Of a stretch of 64,000 bases of DNA, positions 1-10,354 are shown piece after piece. Position numbers and translations under genes: made by a program. The stretch comes from Calcarisporiella thermophila CBS 279.70 (lineage: Eukaryota; Fungi; Calcarisporiellomycota). The stretch lies in assembly GCF_041956535.1 (NCBI RefSeq), contig NW_027192193.1, positions 512,235 to 576,234 on the forward strand. Direction: 5' to 3'. Every line of letters begins with the position of its first letter. Within the stretch, counting starts at the first letter, position 1. The notes under the pieces were generated by a model. It had not been told where the DNA came from. It did not search any database and was given only the letters and a program-made list of their open reading frames with translations.

Positions 1-3000
1 AATGTCTGCAAAACACCAATGACCCCCATGTTCCGGTGGTATGACGATACAGGATCAATCCAGGGCGTAATCCCATTTAATTTCTCAACCACGGTTAATA
101 GAAGATCATGATTGGATTTTTTGAGTGTAAATGCAAGCGCCAAAGGTGACTTAATGATGGTGGAAAGTAGGGTGAGTGCGTACTGTCGACAGGCTCCATT
201 TTTTTCACTTATGATGGAAAAGAGAGTAGGCATTGCCTCCAGTCGAATAAACCCCGAAACAACCGCCTAGAGACAAAAATATCAATAATAAATAAAATGG
301 TGTATTAGATAAGTGAAATTACCTGTTTTCCAATGTTAAACGTGGTTAATTCATTGAGAAGGCATAGAAGAGCACTGGCTTGGCCCGAATCGATATCACC
401 GTTCACAACGCCACCAACAAGCTGGTCAATACAGCTTATCGAGTAGAGATGATAGGTGAGGAGGGCTATCAGATGGGAAGGATGGAAGTGTTCATCCTCT
501 TGTTCCTGTCGAGTATGTCTGAAGCGCGGAACAAGGATGTCAGAAAGAGGCCTCTGCCATCCACGGAGTAATGCTTGAGGCTCGAACTTTTCTCTGGGTG
601 TCGCCTCTTCCGCCACCCCTTCACAAGTTTCTAAAGAGTGACTGAGGCTATTGCGCCAAGCATCGAAGGGGCCTTGGGCAGTACGCACACTTCGTACATC
701 AAACGCAAGCATTTTTCTATGATTTGATCCTAGCAATGCTTGAGTCAGGGCGGAGAGTAAACTCTCATCCTTACGATAATTGGAATGATAAAGCTCGTCC
801 AGAAGGAAAGTCATCCCTGAACCTGAAGAAAGAGTCACTGTGAACAGTCGAGTAACTGCATTGACTAAGCAGTTGAACGTTTTGCTAGATTCCTTCAAGG
901 GCTTTAGTGAAAATATCCTGGTGATATGGTGGAACAAGCACTTATGTTTCATGATAATAAAGCCTGATTGGTGAAGGCTCATTGTCTCTTCCTCTAGGAG
1001 ATATTCGGAACTGTTGCTGTGTGGTTTGCGAGGTGTAGACAAAAGCCAAGCTATGTCAAGTATAGCGCTGGAAACCTGCTGAAATGCTTCATGGTTCATT
1101 AAAGACTTTTCATCCGAACAGCGTGCCAATTCTGTGGCCGATTCTTCAACTTGAGCGCAAGCTTCGAGGAGTCGAACTAATTGAACAAGTTGCATCAAGA
1201 GTAACCCAATCCTTGCTGGACAGGCTGATTGATATACTAAAGGTAGTATGAGGGATTGATACAATGAAAGCTTAGCCTGGTCAGAAGCAGGCTTTCCCGC
1301 ACTTGCACTATTCCATCCAAGAATATACTCAAGGATACAGGGTTGGACCGTGGTGCCCACAATACACTTCAATATACGAAATTTCATAAGGGAAGTTATA
1401 TGCTCAATGGTAAGCAACTCAACCACCGAGTCAATTATACCTCGATCCTATGTAAAATAGAAATAAGATTAGAATCAGCTACATATCAGGGGAACATATG
1501 TATAGAAACTTGCAATAAAGATTTTGGCAAAATTCTCATCTACTTCGCAGCACTTTATTATTAGGTTTAATCCGCTTGTCAGTGTCCGAAAATTACTCTA
1601 GAAAAATCGTATTGTTAACACAGACCCTATACTATAAAATATCAATATATACCCTTGTATTTTTCAATTTAAGAGAAAAACTAATTCCATTGGCGATGCC
1701 ATTCAGGATATCTGAAAGAAAAATAAGTGTATTAGATACACTTAGGTTGCACACGATGAACTTCGACTAACCTTTGACATCTATATGCAGAGATCTCGCC
1801 CAAGTAAACCCCATAGCCAAAACGCCAAAAATTTCATCCATATAAAGAATGACCTGTGCATTGTATTTATATCGTTCTTCGTCTTTTGAGAATGGTGCAT
1901 GTTGATGAAGAAGGGAATTCAAGAACGCTACACGTTCACAGAGTCGTCTCCAATCGTCTTCCTTAGCCTTGTGCGTCTCAATATTAAATGGTAATGAGCA
2001 AGGATTGCGAAAGAACTACTCAAAATTAAGGATAGTTAAAGCTTCAATTACATCTATTTAATCGTCTAAATGCTCACTGTCAGAAGCGATCCATTTCGTA
2101 ACCTTTTTCGCGAATGAGGCAAGACCCATTGTGACATATCCGTGGGTATATTCATCCCAAATCTTGAAGTTAGTGCGATCTTCTTCACGAGATTTGTAGA
2201 TTGCTTCATTGATACAGATATCTGACTTGAACTAGTCTCCAAATCAAGCTTAGGGTCAGATTTGACAGAGGTTATATCTGTTAAGCGAGCTAAATCTTCC
2301 AATGGCATTTTGACAGCAATTAATTCACTTCTCTCGGCAATATCTAGCGTTTCTGCGTCAGGGAATGTCTTGATTCCGATCTTTCGAGAAATGCTGCGTT
2401 GGTCGTCATCGCAAAGAACTTGGTTAATCTGATCGAAAGAAATATGACCCAGCATATCCTCTGAATTTTTAACTATATATTGCGGATTCTCATCTTCATC
2501 CACGTAGCCATAGATACAAATTGTCAGACTTTCATATTTCCCTTTGAATATGATAGAATATGGAATTGTCTAGAGAAAGAGCAGAATTAATGAGCTAGGA
2601 AAAATTTCGCAAACTCAAAAATTAACTCACATCGGAGGCATCACTGATGTCAAATTTTTGCAGCCCAAGACTTCCATCAAATCGCAACGGCATCAACCTT
2701 AAATGCTGCTCCATATTTGTCTGATCCTCGCTGTCTTTAGTAGGAGTCGTCGCTGACCCGGTGTATATTATGAGATCAAGATCAAATTCATTAGGAAGTG
2801 TGCACCTAACATATATATCCATAAAAATTGAAATCATGAGAAAAAACACGTAATTAATGCGTCTCAATGAGGCCAAGTATCTCCAAGAACGTTGGAAAGT
2901 TGATAAAAAAATCGAAGAATATAAGCATAAGAGAAATATGAATTTATGAATTTACCCAAAGTGTTCCTTCTTCCCGCACTTTGCGAATGGGCAAACCCCC

Positions 3001-3170
3001 CTTGGTGCTATATGCAGCTCTCTGAGTTTCACTTTCTTGATGAATTTAATGCTTTCCAGTGCCATCCCTTCAATAGATTTGGGAGAAGTCACAGATCTCC
3101 CCCTGTGGGATGGGTAAAGGGTTCCGAAATACAAGAGCGTCATGTTTTTTGACGGCAACGTTAGAGGCAT
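1..3170 (-). CDS. Virilizer/VIRMA-like protein (m6A writer complex scaffold) with N-terminal VIR_N domain; multi-exon, 3' end beyond window start
   Basis: Spliced N-terminus reads LLYFGTLYP...LESIKFIKKVKLRELHIAPRGVCPF...HFG|CTLPNEFDLDLII...|IPYSIIFKGKYESLTICIYGY. This parallels VIR_N of animal virilizer as recalled (LLFLDTF...VVRF...EVRVIPPGV...YGETSPHTFQLDLF...LVLRGWYNCLTLAIYGS). A long helical region follows (ORFs 2066-2503, 305-1426). Start ATG at 3170 or 3143. Confidence 0.8.
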
Positions 3171-3448
3171 GTTATTTCAGAACATAATCGCTTGTGGGGG
3201 AAAAAGAGGGACGGTGGGGTTATCAAGGTTAAGTTAAAAAAGCGTTCAAGCAATAGAAAGTAAACGTGCGGCAAAGAGATGACGTCCTAAAGAGACTGCT
3301 ATCGTGACCGTTTTCATTTCATGGATGCACAAAGCTATACACAATATTACCCAACAAATTCTCGAGGGATTTATTACCGGCTCACCAGTTACTCTTAGCA
3401 TATACCTGACTTATTCGCATTTTCTCTTGCTTCATTCAGACGTATTTT

Positions 3449-4850
3449 ATGACGAGCAAACTTGAATATCAGCTCGCCCAAAAACTAGAGCATAGAACAC
3501 AGCGAGCTCTTTTGCGTCAGCTTCCTCTACATTCAACGTCCCTCGTTGACTTCTCATCTAATGACTTCCTAGGACTTTCTCATTATTCACCTTTTCATAC
3601 ACGCTTTCTTGCTGAGCTAGAGCTACTTAAGCGTCTGGGATCCACTGGCTCTCGTCTTCTCACTGGGAATTCAACTTATGCACTTGAGTTAGAAAATCAA
3701 ATTGCTGCGTTCCATGGTGCAGAATGTGCTCTACTCTTTAACTCAGGATACGATGCCAACGTGGGCTTTTTTTCATCTGTTCCTCAACCGAACGACACAG
3801 TTATTTACGATGAGTATATACATGCGAGCGTGCATGACGGTTTAAAGACGTCACGTGCTAAAAAGAAACTCAAGTTTAGACATAATGATGTGGCTGACTT
3901 GGAGAAAATCCTAAGAGAAGTTAGAGCGCAGGATCGCGATGGGAATTTAATTATTGCAATTGAGACCTTATACTCTATGGATGGAGACACGCCTCCCTTA
4001 AAGGAGATTGTCGAAATTGTTGAAAAGTATTGTGGTTACCTTGTTGTAGACGAAGTAAGTTAGACATCTGAAATCGGTTAATTTTAGCTGCTTTCACTAA
4101 CCTGGAGCTATATCATCCTGATAGGCCCATGCCACTGGCGTGTGTGGGGAACGCGGGAGTGGTTTGGTTTGTGAACTTGGACTAGAAAAGCGTATATTTG
4201 CGCGTTTGCACACATTTGGCAAGTCTCTGGCGAGTAATGGAGGTATACATTTTATTTTCTTTCACCATTAGTGCTAGAAAACTAGGCTAATTTTGTATGA
4301 TGGATATAGCGGTATTCCTTTGTAATGAGATCACTCGTTCATACCTAATCAACTACGCTCGGTCATTGATCTATACCACATTTTTATCCTTTCCGTCACT
4401 TGCAAGTGTAAAATGCGCATATGATTTGCTTATCAGCGGAGATACTTGTCATGTAAATACATTTAAAGTTGCCTCTGCCTTTGCCCAGTGCCTTAAACTT
4501 TCCATATTCTTTAAACATTTTAGCTGCGCCAAAAACTTCAATTTCTTATTCGTCACTTCCGTTCCACCCTCAAACTTCCTCCTCATTTGCTCCTGCCATC
4601 AACAAGCCCAATCCAGGGCATTGTTCTTCCAGGTAATTCGAGAGTGCGGCATTTGGCTAACTTCCTGATATCACGTGGGTTTCAAGTACTTCCTTTATGT
4701 TCACCTACTGTTCCAAGAGGAAAAGAGCGCGTTCGTATTTGCTTGCATGCGCACAATTCGCAAGAGGAAATTGAGATGCTCGCAAAGGCGGTGATGGAAT
4801 ATTTTGCAGAGCGTAAGGAATTACTGGAAGAATTAAAATCCAGATTATGA
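3449..4850 (+). CDS. bioF: 8-amino-7-oxononanoate synthase (PLP-dependent, biotin synthesis), 4 exons, C-terminal PTS1 -SRL
   Basis: Motifs DFSSNDFLGL, GSTGSRLL, FNSGYDAN, IHASVHDG, YSMDGD, VDE|AHA, HTFGKS, PTVPRGKERVRICLHA; three GT-AG introns restore the frame. Confidence 0.95.
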
Positions 4851-5403
4851 GAATTCCAGTAATTTTAATCACAATGGCATAGCAGAGTGTCTATACGGAC
4901 TTGCACTTTTATATAGACATGTAGACTTACTATTGATAGATCCAGGTTTTAGGGTTTTAAAAAATAAAAATTGCTCGTCACATTTTTCTCTTTCCAATTA
5001 ACCTTTAGCCTCACTCTTCTTACTATCCCTTTCTTTGATGCGCCCAAGTTAACTTAAATGATTTAGGCCGTAATTGCTTGTAGGACAGATCAGTGTAATC
5101 GGCATGACATCTAGGTTGCAGTTATCTTTTGAATCTTAATTGCCCTAATTTTGCCAGTTCTAAATTTTCGTTTTACTCTTGAGTAGAATGACGTAAGTTC
5201 CGAAATGTCTAAAGACGCTATGACCATCCTACCGCGTGTTCATGGATCCAAAAAATAACTCATTTTTTCATTGTTTGATAATAAATAAATTTCATGTTAA
5301 AATGGATCCCTTGTATTCATTAAATAAGTGCACCTACTTTTTAATGGCTTCTCCCTCCTTTTTTCTCCAAACCGATCTCTAGACTTATCCCAGTCACTCT
5401 TTC

Positions 5404-7592
5404 ATGTCATTGCATCCTTACTTCCTCTTCTTCGGTACACTATTTGCCACACTGATATCAGCCGTCGTAGAAGCTTTCGGGCGACAATGTAGAAATGAAC
5501 CAAACGATTTTTCCACTCCTACAGAAGCACCCGGTCTTTTAAATGACATGACAATACGATCCACTCTCCCTACCTACCCTGAGGATCTGTCCATTGAGTT
5601 CACATTTTCTCGTAAAAGACCCCGAAATAGACTGTTCGAACGAGGGCTTCAAAGGATTTTCAGTTTCTCAAAAGTATCAGAGGCAAGAGATCAGGAGTTC
5701 GATGCCTTAAAAAAGAAGAAGCAAAACAAAGCAAATACCCCAACTGACACACCTCCGAATCTTAAGCTTGCGTTCATTGCAGACCAGGGCCTAGGAGAGA
5801 ATTCTCGTAAAGTGCTGACTATGATCCGTGAATGGGGTGCACACGCTGTCATACACAATGGTGATTTTGATTATCATGACTCTCCAAGAAAATGGATCCA
5901 ACAGGTATTATCAAACTGAATTTCGAGTGATGGCATTAATGAATTAATTCACTATTGATGCAGATTGATAGCATACTTGGTCCCGATTTTCCTTACTTTG
6001 CCAGCATTGGCAATCATGATCAAGTCAAATGGAAGGGACGATACGGATATAAACACATCTTAATCGATCGCCTCTATCGCACAAAAATGCATCGTCACTG
6101 TCGAGGAGACTATGGAGTCAATATGGAATGCAACTTCAATGGAGTCGTAAGTCCATATATTTCTGGTATACTCTTTTCAGTTGACAATATTTCAGACATA
6201 AATATTAGCACTTCATCCTCTCTGGAGTGGGAATTCGGGGAACTGGGCATGCAGATTTTGTTGATGATGTGTTTTCTCGAAGTCGTAATACTTGGAAGAT
6301 ATGGTAAAGAAATTGCAAAATACCTTATGTGTTGAGAGATATACATACTTATATAACGGTATTCATCCGTAGCAATTGGCATAAAAACCAGAGAATGTTC
6401 CAAACAGGTCCCTACTCTATTTCTTCCTTACTCCTTCCTCTATTTATTCCTTACTCCATTGCCAACGGCTTTCTTTATTAGGTAAAAAACACGATGAAGT
6501 AGGCTATGAGATATATGAAGCATGCCGCCGGCACGGAGCTATCGTTGCTACTGCACATGAACATTCTTATGAACGCACTCATCTCATTTCCAACTACGAA
6601 TCACAACAAATTGCGTCAATGAATGGAACTCTGCATCTTAGACCCGGGCATAGTTTTGCATTTGTAAACGGTCTTGGTGGAGAAGAAACGCGGCCGTGGC
6701 AAAACGGTATGGAAAAAAAGCCTTGGTGGGCAGCAACTGCTAGCAGTAATGTACGTGGAAATGCGCAAATTGGACCTCCATGGTTTATAGTATAATGGGA
6801 ATCTGAATTTTTGCTTCAAATAGAATAATGTAGATTTTGGTGCATTCATGTGCGAATTTCATATTGATGGTGAGCCCAACAAGGCCCGTTGCATGTTTAG
6901 AGACATAAACAGGAAAATCTGGGATCGTGAGTATTCGATATTTCATTTTGGATGACGTAAAAACAATACTAATCCCCATATTCTGGATAGAATTCGATGT
7001 CTACTCTCATCCCAATGCACCAGCCTATAATTCCTTTCAGGCAGCCCGCACACGATTTTTAGAATATCCCGTCACCTCACTCTCCGATATACAAGCCCAA
7101 GCAGCACTCGCTCTGCCATCAGAAAATTCCAGAATCATACCCATTGCGGGAAGTCGCAACGGGACCTATGCGTCAATAGTATTTCGCAACATACACCTCA
7201 TATCGCACGAGCGCATAGATCATGCACATTTGCAATTATTGATACTTCCGTGGTCCTCACATTCTCAAATGCAAATTAAAAGTAGCGCCAAAGTACGGTT
7301 GGAAATTAGAGTTTCCAGACAGATAACGAAAGAGGATATCCTTCTTTCGGCCAACGTGATCATAGAGGAGCAGTTAGAAGAGTTCGAAACAGGTGAAATA
7401 TGGGTATCCCCCGATATAGCTCCGTTGATCAGACCGCTTCTTCTGGAAGAAGGGGATTCAAAGGGAGATATTACCGTTGAACTGCGCGGGACATTGGATT
7501 CCGATGCCGCTGAGGCAGAGATACAGGCTTATGCTTGGGGTGAAAGCGGATGTTTTGCCCCTACCCTCACTTTACAGACCAAACTTGCTTAG
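5404..7592 (+). CDS. Secreted calcineurin-like metallophosphoesterase with C-terminal beta-sandwich-like domain, 7 exons
   Basis: Signal peptide; motifs AFIADQG, HNGDFDY, SIGNHD, CNWHKN, TAHEHSYER across spliced exons. Confidence 0.85.
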
Positions 7593-7935
7593 CACAGAGA
7601 GGTTGATATCATTAATTAAATCTTATTTATATCATGTTGATTCACTAGGAATGTTTATTGCATTAATTATTTTGTGCACTCACAACTATTCTTTATTTTC
7701 TAGAATTTTTAGCTCTTATTAACATGTTTTTTCAGCATAGGTAATATATAGCTTATCCATGGATGTATTTTCTTTATTGATTATTCATTTTCCATTATTT
7801 TTAAACCAATCTACATTTGTATTTATGGGGATGAGTGTAATATCTTTCCTATATGGAGAGCGGAGAAGCGGAAAGATGAAAACAAACCTCGTAATTAGCC
7901 CAAGCAAACGACATATTTGATGATTTGAATCAATG

Positions 7936-8463
7936 TCAAGCGAAGATGGAATAGCGTGAAAAAAATCTCGGGAATCTCCTGAACTCAAAGAAAGGGCGAG
8001 CTCTGATCCAAAAGCCAGGGGTCAGAAAAATTCTACTGTGCCGGAATGGAAAGTATTGTTGACGTTTCTCAAGTACTGAATTAGGGCTGTTGGAATCGCG
8101 AGAAGCACTTTCCTCAAACCAACCTAATACCCCCTCCCCTTCACCTAAACTTCCCTCTGCTTTCCTTTTTCCGGTCGTTTTGACTTTATCTTCCTTATGA
8201 ATAGTCCCCACCCCCTTCAGAATCTCTCCGATATTACTGACATCTCCTTTCCCGGCTACGGAGATGAAAATGTTGTGTGGTTTCAAACGAATTTTAGGTA
8301 CAATGGGCCGATCGCCATGAAGCGGCGTTGGAATCTGAATGAGAGTTGAAAGATCAGGGGTTTCACGTGGAGTAATATCGACCGCCGTCGGGAGCACAGG
8401 TTGCACCGGCAAGGACGACACAAAGGATGCAAGGACAATGAAGAAAATGAAGGCGTATATCAT
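7936..8463 (-). CDS. Orphan secreted prepro-protein with Kex2 site (LEKR) preceding a 41-aa Arg/Phe-rich peptide
   Basis: Intronless 175-aa ORF; hydrophobic signal peptide MIYAFIFFIVLASFVSS|LP; pro-region; LEKR|QQYFPF...SIFA*. Confidence 0.8.
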   Translation of the reverse strand: MIYAFIFFIVLASFVSSLPVQPVLPTAVDITPRETPDLSTLIQIPTPLHGDRPIVPKIRLKPHNIFISVAGKGDVSNIGEILKGVGTIHKEDKVKTTGKRKAEGSLGEGEGVLGWFEESASRDSNSPNSVLEKRQQYFPFRHSRIFLTPGFWIRARPFFEFRRFPRFFSRYSIFA

Positions 8464-8901
8464 GGTGTATGCCCTCGGCGGGATATCTTGTTTCGTGCAA
8501 AGAATTGCTCAAATCAAGGATTAGCTGAGTGCTGGTCAGATTAAATAACAACGCAAGGAAACAGAATTAACATAATAGGCTTCTTTTTGATGGTGAATAT
8601 TTTTAGTAAAAAGCAAAAATGATAACCGAACGTTTGGATATATAGATCCTAGAGAACGAGTTTATTTCATGGAAAAGCATATAATATTCATCTTCTTGGA
8701 TAGTTATATTTTAAAATAGACCCACTTTTTCAAATAATTTCGTGAACACCAGTCTACCTTGTATATCAACCTCTTTCCTAATTTCTTAGGGTCCACCTCA
8801 TTGAACTCAAATATCTTCATTCACTATTTTACTGTTTCTACCCCCAAAGAAGCTCTATCAAGACGGCTAAAATAGAAGAGACGAATTCCAATTCAAATAG
8901 C

Positions 8902-9225
8902 ATGTACAATGCCAAGAAACCTTATCTTCTGGCTACACTAGCTTTACTTGTTCTTATCGCATTAGGGACCTCCTCTGCTGCCATCACTGGGCAGCGGCAG
9001 GGGCAGCAGCGGCAGAAATCGCCCCCAATTCTGCCTACTTTACAGCCGGCCGTTGAGCCCCCAATTTCTGGCCGCGCAAAAAAGAAGATGTCTGTAACAC
9101 AGACCATACATGTGCCAACTAAAGAAACTGGAGAGCCGCAGATCAGCCAAGTCCAAGAATTATTTCAGCTGGAAGTTTTAATTTTAGGATATGTAGTAAG
9201 CAATGTCCCAAACGTTTCTATTTAG
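8902..9225 (+). CDS. Small orphan secreted protein
   Basis: 107-aa ORF with a clear signal peptide (KKPYLLATLALLVLIALGTSSA) and a Q/P-rich segment; the 3' end may be spliced differently. Confidence 0.6.
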   Translation: MYNAKKPYLLATLALLVLIALGTSSAAITGQRQGQQRQKSPPILPTLQPAVEPPISGRAKKKMSVTQTIHVPTKETGEPQISQVQELFQLEVLILGYVVSNVPNVSI

Positions 9226-9782
9226 AAAGCGTTATGTGGGCGGTTAAGATAAGTGATGTAGTTTCACTAATAATTGGATAATGAATTGAGAATCTCTATC
9301 GTATAATCTTGATAAGAATTGGGTCAAACACGCTCTTTAGAATGTTGTACAACTCTAGAATAGAGCACGGCAAAAGCTCAAAGAATACATTACATTCTTT
9401 TGCAATATAAAGATATCTGCACTCTAGTTGGCATTTTAGTTCCCGCTAGTATCTCCTAGTATTGATTGCTCTTTGGATATTTACTTTAGGTAATTCTGAA
9501 ATTTTTTAGTGTTGTAGTCGAGTCAGTTGGTTAAAGCAGGCTGCTATTATTCTTCTCTATCCGCTCATACTACTAATCACACTTTTATCGTTTCTTTACG
9601 AGATGAACATTAATATCTTAGCCCTACCCGGTTAGAGGTTTAAATTCTAATGATTTTTGAGTCGCGTAGAACACTTTGCAAGTTAACATGTTATTAAGGA
9701 GGAAAAATAATTAACAGCGAAGAGAAATATACATAAGCAATAGGTTGGTGAAAATATATATACTAGAAAGCTATTAAACTCA

Positions 9783-10150
9783 TCATTTATCCTTCTTCAT
9801 CTCCTCCCTAGTTTTTTCAATGACATCCTGCGATACATCACCCGTCAGAGCCGAGTCAGACTCCATGTACTTGACAAATCTAAAAATTCAAAGCCAATTA
9901 GTGCGCCAATTTCAATAGATGAGAGGAGAAGATACACTCACGCGTTAATAGCCAAGAATAGCCCAACATTAATTACAAACAGCATAATCACGTAGATGTT
10001 GGCCTTTGTCAAAAATGCAAGGAACACTAAGCTCACGAAAAGGGCGATGAACGAGACATTCATCACTCTAACTACTCCGGGCTTCACGCCGGGCATGAAG
10101 AGTGAATCCGTAAAATCTTGCAATATAGATGATGGTTGTTGTGTCGACAT
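9783..10150 (-). CDS. PKR1: V-ATPase assembly factor Pkr1-like ER membrane protein, 2 exons
   Basis: SLFMPGVKP...MNVSFIALFVSL, two TM helices, intron, then FVKYMES...EEMKKDK*. Confidence 0.85.
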
Positions 10151-10354
10151 TTTTAACTCGTCCTTTTCTTATTATATATCGTTTGTTGAAACGCTGCTGA
10201 AATTCACCTCCAATCTAGGAAGAAATTATTCGGTGCCAAAATTTATTTACAAAAAAACATCACACTGGTAATAAATTGGTCGAAATTTTATATATAGCAA
10301 AAATAAAAAAATTAGGATTAGAGTAAAATTGGTCATAAAACAAAATAATTTTTT

